This document shows positions 48,154 to 60,377 of a DNA stretch of 64,000 nucleotides, piece by piece. The notes under the pieces are model-generated. The model had not been told where the DNA came from. It was given only the letters and a program-made list of their open reading frames with translations, and did not search any database. The first letter of the stretch is position 1. Every line of letters starts with the position of its first letter. Location of the stretch: positions 52,638,001 through 52,702,000 of the forward strand of contig NC_083285.1 of the NCBI RefSeq assembly GCF_963506605.1, written 5' to 3'. This DNA is from Zootoca vivipara. Its lineage: Eukaryota. The translations under genes and the position numbers were made by a program.

Positions 48154-49789
48154 CATCATTATGGCTGGGGCTGATGGGAATGGATGTCCAACAACATCTG
48201 GAAGGTCACAGGTTCCCTGCCCCTGTGTTGAGCAACCCCCTTCTGTTTCAGTGGGACTTGGCACAGAAGAAACTACCATACAAATGGATTGTACCCAATG
48301 CCTCTAGCAAGCTTTCACCCCCCCCCCCCCAGAAGCTTCCTCACTTGGAACCCATGCTGAAATGGAGCACTATTGCAGAGATTAAGTGATTTTATGGGTG
48401 GGAAAGGGGAGGTCCGCAGGCCATTGTTTTCCAGCAGCCACCGGCTGGGGAGCTTGAGATGTTTCAACTTGACAACTTGGTGTAAGGAGGTAGAACCAAC
48501 CAATTTATTTCCCACTGACAGCTCCAAGTCTCCGGTTCCCCTCCTCTTCACGCCTCCCTTGCATTTGCCACTTGCTTCTTCTCTAATTGCACGGGGCTAC
48601 TGAAAATGGGCAAGGAGAACTGTTTCCTGTCAGCCACACTTAATTACATTGTTACCCATCAGAGCGGGTGACGTTCTCGGGGGTATTTTCCAACGTACAC
48701 CTCTCCATGGCCCCATCTTTCCTTTGGCTCTCCTACTACCCTGAAATGAAACTTTGCTAGCTTTGAAATTAAAGTTCCAAACTTATTTAATGAGGGAGGG
48801 AGAGAAAAACGGTGTGGGGAAAAGCATGCACAATCCCCGTAAGGACAATGGTGCTTATTCTCCGAAAGAGCTCAGCATGGAGGGCAAGATAAAACAGACG
48901 GTGCCGGAGAGTGATTCGGCAATATGCTTCTCTGCTATATATTGATTACTTTCCTTTTCAGTAAGGAGTCAGCATGTATGAAAAGGCCTGTGGGGGTGAT
49001 TAAGAGAAGTAGTTGTTTTCAGTGGTGTAATATAGTGCCTAAAAGACTTGAGTTATGAATCAAGCAGTCCCACTTTGCTTGAATCTCACCTCTGCCTTGA
49101 AATACTAGGTTGGTATAGCTAATATGGTGGACCCAGATGTTAATGGATTATAATTCCTCTCATCCTGTCCCAGCTGATGGGGTATGGCTGCTAGTTACAA
49201 TCCCTCTCCCCCCCCCCCAATTCATTCACTGCTAAAAGTCTGCACCGGCTATCTTTCTGCAGTCTGTTTTTTGCCCAGGCTTCTGCTCTGCACACATGCA
49301 AATTTGTGCCTTGCGTCTGACTGTGCCAGCGAATCACGCACTAGCACACACCTGCATTGCGTTTGCCCATCTACCCAATCAGCATTCCCTTCCTGCAGGA
49401 TGATACGTCAAGCTTATCTTGACACCTATATGAGAGCCACCATTTCTACTCATCTATGAACGATGCTGTTCTGCAGAAGAACAGGGGAGGGTGATATGAA
49501 CAAGATTCCTAGATCTGGAACATAGTCCATATGGGACAATCTTAATGAAATGTAAGACATCTCAATCAATCCTTTACAGGACTCAATTTAGCCTACAGAT
49601 CAAATTACCCAGCCAAGCAAATTTGAGGCTTTTTGAAATGTAAGTCACATTTAACCCTCTGCGGTGATTCTAAACTTCACTTCTACCCATGCATTTCATC
49701 CTCTTTTACAGTGTGTGAAAAGCTTTTGCAAAATGTTATAACTAAATTCATTCAGTAGCACCTTAAAGACCAACTAAGTTTTTATTTTG

Positions 49790-49827
49790 GTATGAGCTTT
49801 CGTGTGCATGCACACTTCTTCAGATAC
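49790..49827 (-). ncRNA. Minimal hammerhead ribozyme (sense to the PLE ORF)
   Basis: Reverse complement is GTATCTGAAGAAGTGTGCATGCACACGAAAGCTCATAC, identical to the 37562 copy. Confidence 0.85.
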
Positions 49828-50002
49828 ACTTGAAACAGAAGTGTCAGACCCTTATATATATACAGAGGGTGGTGGGGGTGGGTGGGAATGGGTGATGGGC
49901 TGATGGGAGTGGTAAACCTGTAGATGGCTGTTAATGACTGCTGATGACTGCAATTAGTCCGGGGGGGGGGAAGCAAGGGCTGAGGCGCTAAAGAAAGCTT
50001 GA

Positions 50003-50357
50003 TCATGCATAATGAGATAAGAATCTGATGTCTTTATTCATCCCAGGTGGCTCCATGGTTTTAAGCTTGGTAATGAGTTCCAATTCAGAAACTTCTCTTT
50101 CCAGTCTGTTCCTGATATTTCTCTGCAATAAAACAGCTGCTTTGAGATCTTGTATAGAATGTCCTGGGAGATTGAAGTGTTCTCCTACTGGTTTCTCTGT
50201 CTTATGGTTCCTGATGTCAGATTTATGTCCATTTATCCTTTGGCGTAGGGTTTGGCCTGCTTGTCCAATATAGAGAGCTGAAGGGCACTGTTGGCATTTG
50301 ATGGCATACACAATGTTAGAAGATGAGCAATTAAATAGTCCTGAGATGGTATGTTGG
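50003..50357 (-). pseudogene. GIY-YIG endonuclease domain of a PLE (5'-truncated, frame intact)
   Basis: Reading frame open to the stop at 50003. The ATG at 50383 lies outside the TSD, in flanking DNA. Confidence 0.85.
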
Positions 50358-52150
50358 ATGTTATAACTGTTATGTTTTATCAATTATTTTGCGTCATGCG
50401 CATGATTTCTCAGCATAGCCATGATGGCTCTGCTCTGGCTCCACAGTTGAAGACAGCAATACCTCTGAATACCAGTTGCTGGGAACCCCAGGAGGGGAGA
50501 GGGCTCTTGTGCTCAGATCCTGCTTCTGGGTCTCCCATAATGGGCATCTGATCTGGTTGGCCACTGTGAGGACAGGATGCTGGACTTCATGGGCCTTTGG
50601 CTTGATCCAGCAGGATCTTCTTATGTCCTTAAAAGTCAAAGTCCCTGTCTATAGAATGAATCACTGCAATGAAGAAGATGCACATTAAGAGCAGATGCTT
50701 GCTTAGAGCCAACCATCATCCAACCTCAAGCAATCAGAATGAATGCTCATAAAACAGCTATTGTCTCTGCAAACAAATGAGGACAAATGCTCAATGAACA
50801 GGCCTCCAGGAAGCACCCTTAACATCAAGCAAGTGCTATCCCGCACTTTCTAGTGTATTTCCTTACCGCAGAAAAAAATCTGATATTTTGGGGTATCGGG
50901 TATGTTGTGCAAGAGATCCAGATCATCTTTAATTCTGCAACCTGAATTTACTGGCATGTGATTGAATTCCATCTGAAAATAACAACAGGTTGGAAATGCC
51001 TCGGGTATCTAGGGTCTTAGCAGCTGGTTTTGTAGCCCTGGCTCCAGAGCTCTCATTTCCTTCCTTCTCTGGTTTATCATTTGAGGAGCACAGGGAGAAA
51101 TTGTTCATTGTTTGGAGATGTGGCCCGACTTCCTTTGCTTGTAAAGTAGGCCTAGGTCTTGTGTCGCTGAGTCACGAAGGAGGAGGGGGGCACATAGGAA
51201 GTGTCCTCAAGGCATCCTAAGCAGCCTTGCCTCCATAATTGCAGGACGGATCAGACCAAGACTGTATTAGCAGCTGATAAGGAAGGAGAAGCCTTGGGTT
51301 CATTTGTATTGTTTGCTTTGTCCCTGCAAATTGCTTTGCACTCCCAGTCGGAGATTTGTATTAGAAGGCAAAGCAAATATGTGAGCCACGGTAACGGAGA
51401 GCCGAGTTTCACCTGTAATGTAAGACTTAGCCTGTCAAATAGCCCGTGCCATAATTGGATGGGCCTGTGCCAAAGGAATTTGGGAGGCGTAATTGTTTCA
51501 AAAGGGAAAGTTTTGCTGAACTCAGTAGAACAAAATTGAGAAAAATGTCTTCTTAAAAAAGAAAAAAAAACCCAACAACTGCTTTTATGTTTAATTGGAG
51601 GGCTCCCAAGTGCCATCGCTCAAGAACAATGTGCTTTAAAGGTCAGGGTAATTCCTTACATTGGTTACACGATTCACTTGAGGACTTGTGTGGAGTACTT
51701 ATTTTACTGATGGCAGCTATTAAAGAACCGCCCACTCCTCTAATTGAATAATTGGCCCAAACAGCGTCCACATGAATCTGAATAAGACTGCAAAGAGAAG
51801 CCCAGTGAACGCTTATAAAAAGAAACTTCTAAAGTTATTTTCCCTCCCCTGTTAAATGTAAGATAGACCAAATAGCCACTCCATTAGAAAGACTCGTTTG
51901 CTTCCAGAAGGTGGGTAAACCACAGAAGATAAGTGCATAAAAACCAGGAAAATGAAGATTTACATTTCGGTTTCACCCCAACCTTTTGTCACCATCACTT
52001 TCCCTTAAACGCACCCCACCCCAGTCATTTATGACAGTCACGAGTGCCCTCTTTTTTCTTTCTCCCCCATCCTCCTTTCCTCATTCCTGAATTTAAAACC
52101 TTAGGAAGCAGCCAATGAAAACAGCATGATGATGAACTAGTGCAAATATT

Positions 52151-52167
52151 TAGATAGATAGATAGAT

Positions 52168-52215
<48 letters not shown>
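52151..52215. repeat. (GATA)n microsatellite
   Basis: Read directly. The repeat resumes after the PLE insertion at 52617-52634. Confidence 0.95.
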
Positions 52216-52218
<3 letters not shown>

Positions 52219-52263
52219 AATTCCTTCAGTACCACCTTAAAGACCAACTAAGTTTTTATTTTG

Positions 52264-52301
52264 GTATGAGCTTTCGTGTGCATGCACACTTCTTCAGATA
52301 C
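52264..52301 (-). ncRNA. Minimal hammerhead ribozyme, intact core
   Basis: Same 38-nt motif as the 37562 and 49790 copies. Confidence 0.85.
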
Positions 52302-52485
52302 ACAGGTTGGGGGGGGTGATGGGAATGGGTGATGGGCTGATAGGAGTGGTAAACCTGTTGATGAATGTTAACGACTGTTAATGACTGCAATTGGTTTACC
52401 ACTCCTATCAGCCCATTACCCATTCCCATCACCCCCCCCCCCACCCTCTGAATATACATAAGGGTCTGGTTACTTCTGTTTCAGT

Positions 52486-52523
52486 GTATTTGAAGAAGTG
52501 TGCATGCACACGAAAGCTCATAC
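52486..52523 (+). ncRNA. Minimal hammerhead ribozyme with a C3U core substitution
   Basis: GTAT-TTGAAGA-AGTGTGCATGCACAC-GAAAGCTC-ATAC. The first core C is replaced by T at 52490. Confidence 0.7.
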
Positions 52524-52634
52524 CAAAATAAAAAACTTAGTTGGTCTTTAAAGTGCTACTGAAGGAATTTTTTAATTTTGTTTCGACTTAGACCAACACG
52601 GCTACCTACCTGTAACTAGATAGATAATAGATAG

Positions 52635-54050
52635 TGTCAGGCTTTGGGGGCTCAGCTTCCTCCCCCTTTGGCCGTAGAAAAGCAGTACAAAGATAAGTCA
52701 GCTCCCCCTTTTTGGAGGGGCTGCTTTGCGAGTGGGAATCCAGGTCCTCACAGCGACCTGGCAGTGGGCGGAGTATAGCAGCCCATGTCAGCAGGAACCC
52801 CGACCGCGTCATGTCCCCCCCCCCAGCTGGCCAATCGGGTTTGCCTGGGGGCGTGGCTATGACCTCTTAAATTGTGGTGTGGCCAGGGAAGCAGCCTCCT
52901 TACCTCCATTCTTGGGATCTCCCAGCCCACCCACTCTCTTTTCTTGCGCTGATTGACTTTGGCCTTGCTATGCCTTACGTCGGTCGCCTGGTTGTTGGGG
53001 CCGGGTAGGAATTTTTCCACTCGGCAAATTGGCACTAGCCATTTGGTTTTCACCTTCCTAGTGGCAATCGTCACAACTTTGTAAGGTTAGGGTAAGCCTT
53101 ATTATGGGAGGGGAGGTTGTTGCTTCTACCTGCCCCTCTATCCCATTAAAGGGATCCAGGGGTGTGGTTCCTGTCCAAAGCCTGGGCATGGGCTAGGGCC
53201 ATGCCATGACCCCAACGGTGACCCTGGGGGTGCTCTTCATTGATGTTTATCATAGGGCTCCCCCTTCTGGTGGTTGACCGTTATGAGACTTCCTGCAGTC
53301 GGGCAGGAGTCAGGATATAGTTTTGCTTCACCCAATTGCCTAAGCCAAACCGCTCACATCTGTAACCAATAAAGTTGTGGCCTTATTGGAACTGTCTGAA
53401 TTGACTGGGAGAATCCAGGATCGGAGTGAGGAGTCGGTGGAAGAAGACTGGAAGAAGTTTAAAATTTATTTGGAGAAGAATTATAAAATAAAAAATAATT
53501 ATTAAAGGAGGTGGAAGTAAAAAGAGGTGGTAGAAGCAATTTAGATTTGAGGAGAAGGAATTAAGATAATATGTAAATAGTTTATTTCTAGTTTTCCAGA
53601 TTTAGAATATATGACGAAGTAAAGGAATTTAGAGAAGCAAAGGGAATTAGAACAATGGTTTATAATGTGTAATTTAAGAAAGAATGGTACAAAGATTTAG
53701 AAGTGCTAAATAAGTAATAAAAATAGAAACGTGGAAGGGAGGAATGGAGGAAGTCGAAGGAGTTAAGAATTGGCAAGGGGGCATTTAAATTGTTATGTAA
53801 ATGAGATCTTATTGCTAAGTATGCTCAAACGAGCCAATGTATTCAATTCATTTGTTATTTGTTTTTGCCTTTCCTTTTTGTGCTTTTTTGTTTTTCATAC
53901 ATCTTGTTTTTCTTTTTATTCTATGCTGTTAAAAGTTAAAATCAATAAAAATATTTATTAAGAAAAAAGTTGTGGCCTTATTTATCCCATTAACCCAATA
54001 TACTTGTGTTTGTGTATTTATTTTGGAGGGGACTGCGGGGCCCGGGGCCT
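52635..54050 (+). mobile_element. LTR-like repeat remnant hosting an L1 insertion
   Basis: Starts TGTCAGG, GC-rich, with CCAAT/GC-box-like motifs and AATAAAGTTGTGGCC followed by a GT-rich tract. Right boundary and TSD not resolved. Confidence 0.45.
53388..53965 (+). mobile_element. L1-type LINE 3' end
   Basis: Encodes ELSELTGRIQDRSEESVEEDWKKFKIYLEKNYKIKNNY* (resembles a reptile L1 ORF2 C-terminus), then AATAAA and an A-rich tail. 17-bp TSD AAAGTTGTGGCCTTATT at 53371-53387 and 53966-53982. Confidence 0.85.
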
Positions 54051-54458
54051 CTCCATGAAAAGAAGTCTCTTACCGGTAACAGAAATGTTTAATGAGCAAA
54101 AGAACAAGTGACCATTCTCAGAGTGCAGGTGCTCCCAATTAAGCTTCCACCGACTTCCCTCTAGTAACTTCCATCCTCTCATCTCCTAGCCACCTGACCT
54201 CTCAACCATTTAATCTTTGGTGAAGCCACCTTATCTAATCTCCTAGCCTTGGGACTGAGGGAGTTGGCTAGCTCACTCTCTTCCCGTTTTTCTTCTTGCT
54301 GTTCACCTCTTCTCCCACTTCTGCCCAACTATTGTCTTCCGAACTGTGCCCCTCAGCAAACCATTGTTCCAAATCAACACTACTCCACTGCTCCTGTGGA
54401 GTTTCAGGAACCTGGCCATGAGCAGGGGGATGGGTAGGCTCCCACCATTCCTCCTCAG

Positions 54459-54518
<60 letters not shown>

Positions 54519-54523
54519 GATAG
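54459..54523. repeat. (GATA)n microsatellite
   Basis: Read directly from the sequence. Confidence 0.95.
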
Positions 54524-55734
54524 AGGGTTTTTTTTAATGGACAATAGATGGGGACTTTAGGATTCACTAAAACCTTTTGTCATCCAGAGCATCACAGCAG
54601 TCAGTATTTTAGAAAATTAAAAAAGGAAATTGGGAGGGCACAAAAACATTTCAAAATCATGTTATTACAGCAGGGGGACCACAGAAATAATGTCTTTGGT
54701 GTTTTTTAAAGTGGCACATTTGGGGGAGGGAGTCTTGAAGGCTAACAAAAGAACCTCTTCGGACACCAAGTGAACCATTGGTTAGTCCCCCCCCCCTATA
54801 CAGACAGATGGACCAATAGTGTAATTCAGTATAAGGCAGCTTCCTATTCCCAAAGTTGTGCTCGGCTAATATATCACTTTTATCCTAAAGCTGTAAGAGA
54901 TATGCCATGCTGTTGCTACTGCTGGTAATGGAAGTGCTTTGTTTATGGAATAAATGTTGTTGAGAATATGTGTTGTTTTCATTTTGAGCATATAATTTTA
55001 AAACTCCTGCACACATGAACTTGGATTCACCCTTTTTAAAAAATAGTGCATGACTCAATCAAAATGCCCCCGAGCTTTTGTTATAAAGTAGATTTATTCT
55101 TCAGCCATTGACATAACTCATGAAAAAACACACCCGAGGAATAACAGCTGACTTGTAAATTGTTCCATGACCAGGAAGGTGACTGCTTCCTCACTGTATT
55201 TGTCAAACCCACCCCCAATAAAAAAAAACCCTGGTGTGTGTTGGGTTGTTGTTTTATTGCAGGGACATTTTGCAACATATCATTGATGTATTAATAGTGC
55301 ATTCATGATGGATTGGTACTGGGCAATTCATATATCATTCCTCTTTATGCTATAGCTCAACAAAAGTTGAACCCCCCCAGAAAAATGCATTTGTGGTATG
55401 AAAAGGTACAGAATTTTAGTGGGGAACCATGAGACTATTGTAGATATTAAATTTGCACAGCTTGAAGCCACAGGGTTAATAAAAACTGACTCTCCTTGCA
55501 ATAAAAATTGCCCAGACCAAAATATGGTTTCAAAGCTTTACTAACAGAATTTTCTTCAGACAGACACAAAGACAAATGCTACATACAAACAGTTGCATAA
55601 AACCATTTGCTTGTCCAAGCACAGGTTCGGCTTCTGAGTACAGTAATATTAAATTACTTCAAACAGAATTGAAAGCAAAGGTTTCTCTTCAAGTTACAAA
55701 AAAGAGGCTTCTCCAGCTAAACCAAACTACTGAA

Positions 55735-56050
55735 CATAGTCTGCAGGAGAGGAGACTGAGAGGAGATATGATAGCCATCTTCAAATGCCTAAAGGACTTT
55801 CACATGGAAGGTACAGAGATATTTTTTTCTCTCCTGCTCCAGAGGGTAGGGCCCAAAACATCAGGAATAACTTTCTGACAGTAAGAGCTGCTCGTCAGTG
55901 GAACAGACTCCCACAAGAAGTGGTGGACCCTTAAGCAGAGGTTGGATGGCCATCTGTCATGGATGCTTTAGTTAAGATTCCTGCATAGCTGGGGGTTGAA
56001 CTAGATGACACTCAGGGTCGCTTTAAACTCGACAATTTTATTATTCTGAT
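55735..56050 (+). mobile_element. CR1 LINE 3' fragment
   Basis: Translates SLQERRLRGDMIAIFKCLK (CR1 RT tail motif), followed by the CR1 3' UTR. Confidence 0.85.
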
Positions 56051-58319
56051 TCCTGAGCCATGCCCTTCACAGTTCTACTGTGTCCCATTTCCCAACTCAC
56101 TCCCCCCACCCCCACCCCACTGGAACTCCAGAAGCAACGCTCGGCTTTCATGGCTCTATGAGGTTCCCTCTGTTTTCAGTCAAGCCTGTGGGCTGAGGAG
56201 AATGTCCAAAGGAAAACCGAGCTTTTGCTCCAGATAGACTTGCTGCCCATGTGACCTGCCATGGGCCAGCATCCAGCTCAGCCACGCAGGCAAGGAGCGG
56301 TGGAGGCTTTGCCTAGGGATGTGCTGTGTCTTGCATTAGGCCTGCCTGCTGTGGGTTTTTTTTGCTAGTGAGCAAAGTAATGAAAATGAGAGAGAGAGAT
56401 ATTTCCTGTTGACCTCATTAGACTTTGAGACCAACCATTACATCCTTGGGGAAACACAAAAAAGGACATGGGATTGATAAAGCTCCTTAGTGCTTTTTTA
56501 TTTTTATTTTTAAGGTCTGCCTTCTCTTCAGATTTGAAATGTCCCCAAGAAACAGTTTTGGCTCAGATGTCATTCCGTAGAACTTCTTCGTTCTAAGTAC
56601 ATAACCAGAAGGCTTGATCGAGTCAAACGATTTACAAATAGGAATGAAGAGGAAGGGCTGTAGAGTGGAGCAGTAAGAGTTTCTCGATTGCATGCAGAAG
56701 GTCCCAGGTTTGAGCTGGGAGAGAGTCCTGTTGAGAAGCCGCTTTTCAAGCTGCGGCCTTGCAGTGCACTTTGAAAGAGACTTGACAAGCCACGTCATGC
56801 AGCTGATTGTCAGGTCTGACTGAGTCAAAGCACTTTGCAGGCATCCCCAAGCAGCTGAACGCTGCTACCACCTGCAAAATCCTGTGCGAAGTCTCTTTGA
56901 AAGGGACTTAGCAAGACCTGACAGTCAGGCAGCACTACCAATCAACTGATCATTAGAACCTCCAAGCCCCCTTTTGACTGAGCCAGGTTTTTAACCTGCC
57001 CCACACTTGGCATCCCATAGGAGTCAAAAGAGCTCAGGACTTAAATGGACAGATATATTCTGTGCCATACCTTTAAAACACATTGCTTCCCCCCAAAGAC
57101 TCCTGAGAATGGTATCTTCTCCGGGGTTCTGGCAACTGTAGCTCTGAGGGGTGTAAACTACAGTTCCCATGAGCTTTCAGGGAGGGAGGAGGGAAGCAAC
57201 ACACTTGAAATGTGTGGCATGTCTAGGCATCACCCGAGCTGGTATAATAAGGCAGCTTCCTACACTGCATGCTATCTGAAGGACGCGAGCGAATTGTTCC
57301 TCCTGATTGCCTTGAAAACAAAAAGGCGCCTTGTCCTAAAAATGCCACTGGGAAATGTCCCGAGCCTCTTATGTGAAAGACTAATTTTTTAAAAAAGTGT
57401 GGCCTTTGCTTGCTGCCTGGCCTTGCTTTGACTAATTCTTGTAACGCTGTCTGAATCTCCAGCCTTCAGCCAGTCATCAAGCTGCATTTCTGGGCAAGAG
57501 GCATTGGGGTCACGATGACGACTGGACCCGTTCGTTTTTCACAGCTGACCTGCAACGTCGGTGGTGGGGCTTTCTAATTGGAAGCAAACGGAGGGAGCCA
57601 AGGAACCATAACCCCAGTACTGCTTCTCCTTCCACTAGCTCCCTCCTCTTTCGGAGTGGTGCTTTCCTCTTCAATTAATTTCGGAGCGAGCAGCGAGCGG
57701 TGGCACTCCCGAGTTCTGCTCTTTCTCCGCCGCTGCTGTCAGTCAGGCTGTCACTCATTTTTAAGGCAGAAGGAGAAGCAACAGGGGCTGGAATCAAATT
57801 ATTTTTAATGATCCCTGACACATCCTGATCGAGCCTTTTCTTCTTAGCCAGGGTTAAGTGTCAGGGCAATGCGGCAGCGCGCGGCAGCTTTTGTCAGAGA
57901 GAGGAAAATAAAGCAAATAATAGCAGCGTTGTGTCCTCTCGGTGTGGGCTTCTCTCAAATGGCCTGTTTTGCAAAACAGGGACGCGGCAAGTCGCAGGCA
58001 GTCGCAAAACAATTGTTTCCATTCAGTTGCAATTTGAAAGACACAGCAACAATCGCTCAGCCTTACGTGGGGTGCTGGTGGCCTGGCAGGAGGGGGGAAA
58101 GAGTGGGAGGAATCTCTGCTGTAACCGTCACCAGCATATTGTGGACCAGAAGTGGGGAACCTGTGGGATTCCAGATGTCCCTGACCATTTGCCATGCTGG
58201 TTGAGGCTGATGGCATCCAATGACATCTGAAGAGGTACAGGCTCCCCATCCCCCCGGATTAGACAAATTCGAGCAAGCTAAGTCTATAAATGGCTCTTAA
58301 TCATGATGCCACAAGTGGA

Positions 58320-58863
58320 TGTCAGGAATAAATTACGCAAAGTAAGGAAAGTTAACTCTTTATTAGAAGAAACGGGATCTGCTCAGTAGTGCCAGGCCTA
58401 ATGAGCACAGCAATGCTTCTCAGTAGGTCTTGTCCCTATGAGGCATTTGTGGAGGCTGAAGTTGCTCACCTTCCCACAGCTGCCTAAATCTCCTCCACCC
58501 CAAGCTCCTTCCCAAACAATCTGAGACTATGCCGACACACCTGACTCTGCTCCTCCCTCTTCATACCTCTCTTGCTCCTCACCCTGGCTTCTTCACCAGA
58601 CTGACTAATTTCTGCCTCTTGGCATCCCTCCTCTCCAGCCTCCGCTTTGGCCTCTGATTCTGGACTGCCGTCTGCCACAGCCTCTTCCTTCTCACTAAAC
58701 CCTGTTCCCGCTTCAGCTTCTGACACCTCCTTCTCCCAGTCTGCCCTCTCTTACCCTCTGAACACCCAATGTTATCCCATCGCCAATCCCTGGCCTCTGA
58801 GCCGTCTTCCCCTAGGTGTTCCCCAGCTGGTGCCTCCCACCATTCCTCTGTGTCCACGGCACA
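58320..58863 (-). mobile_element. Possible LTR-like repeat
   Basis: TG...CA ends, minus-strand AATAAA at ~58358, purine/pyrimidine-skewed body similar to 54060-54458. No clean TSD. Confidence 0.35.
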
Positions 58864-60302
58864 TGATAGCTTTAAATGGAGTTCAAAGGCAGCATATCCT
58901 CAGATACCTGGAACAGGCAACTGCAGAGACAGCTCCATGCTTCCATACCCTGCTCTTCAGCTTCCAACAAACATCTGGTCGACCACTCTTGGAGACCAAA
59001 TGCTTGGTTAGATGGACCTTTGGTCTTTTCTCACAGGTCTGTTCTAGGCCAGTGGCCCTTACCTAGCCCTTACTTAGCAAAGCGTGCCAGGTTCAGTCCC
59101 TGAGAAGGGTAAAGAAAGAAGCTACATGCTCTTCCAGGAGATTCCATTCTATCTGCCCCCCCCCCACCTCAAGCCTTTGCTGGTTTCCTGGTTTTTCCCT
59201 ACAGCAGTCAGACAGCATTCAGTTCAGACCTCATTGGCCTGTTTTGTGGTCTTCCTTCCCTTAGGTCTTTCCCCTCCCTGAAACATTTTTAAAATACTCC
59301 AGACATTTCTTCACAAGGCACATTTGCCTGCAGATACCAGGTGCTGGTTATCACAAACAAGGAGAGTGCTTTGGCCCTACGGTCCTGCTTGTGGTCTTCC
59401 TTTGGCAAATACCTGGCCACCAAAAGAACAGGATGCTGGACTAGATAGGCCTTTGGCCTGAACACAGCAGGTTTTCTTATGTACTTCCTTCCAGCTGCCT
59501 TTCTCCTGACAGAGCTTTCTCACAGTTTCAGAATCCAGCTAAGAGAAAACCATGGCTTTTTTTTCCAGCCGGAACTCACCAGAACTCAGTTTTGGCACCT
59601 CTCAGATGGGCGCCATTGCCATTGTAAAAAAACAAGTGAGGTGTTCATGGTGAGTTCTGGCACCTCTTTTTCTAGAAAAATAGCACCGGAGAAAATCATC
59701 CTGTGGAGGGACTGCACAGTTGGGAGGAGAAGACTTCAGCACCCCTCTCTCATCTTTAAGTCATCTGTCTTAAAACACCCCTTCCTTTCTCCATCCCCCA
59801 CTTTACAGCTATGTCACAGACCCCCCCCTTCTACCACATGGTTTTACCAATGGTGAATGCCAAAAAAGCCTTTCGCCCCGGTTTCTCCTGTAAGCCACAA
59901 GCTGATTAACATTCCTTCAACGATATCCACTCCTGATTTGAAAGAAAGACACCTTTGATTCTGGCCTGGTGCGCACTTCTCAGTTGGGCTGGAATGAAAT
60001 TTCTTGAATTCTGAGCTCGCTCCTTCTTTTTTCTTTCTTTCCTCTTCTTTAGCATGGTTGCACAGTGTTCTTTGCTTGATAGGAATAATGTCTTCTAACA
60101 GGCTTTCAGGAATGTAACTCTCGTAACTCTCAGGGAAAAGAGAAATGGCATTGATGCAGGATAATTTGTCAGCAAGTTTTAAGATCCGCAGCAATTCCTC
60201 ATCTCTGTTTCTGTCCTCAGTTTTCATCATTGGCATTCTCCTAATCTCCCAAGATTGCCCTTCATTTCCCCCAGACAGCCGAATGCCCTTCTACTCTGGA
60301 AA

Positions 60303-60307
<5 letters not shown>

Positions 60308-60373
<66 letters not shown>
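60308..60373. repeat. (CT)n microsatellite
   Basis: Read directly from the sequence. Confidence 0.95.

Positions 60374-60377
<4 letters not shown>

Larger units (their letters stand above)
49744..50357 (-). mobile_element. Penelope-like element 3' part: GIY-YIG endonuclease plus pLTR with hammerhead
   Basis: Minus-strand ORF has NIVYAIKCQQCPSALYIGQAGQTLRQRINGH..HFNLPGHS..R..ELELI..L..M..PGMN, the PLE GIY-YIG signature. 11-bp TSD ATGTTATAACT at 49733-49743 and 50358-50368. Confidence 0.92.
52219..52620. mobile_element. ~400-bp fold-back Penelope-derived element with two inverted hammerheads
   Basis: 52219-52345 and 52393-52570 are inverted copies of pLTR sequence, apart from a ~45-bp indel. 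TAGATAATA is duplicated at 52210-52218 and 52621-52629. Confidence 0.88.
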
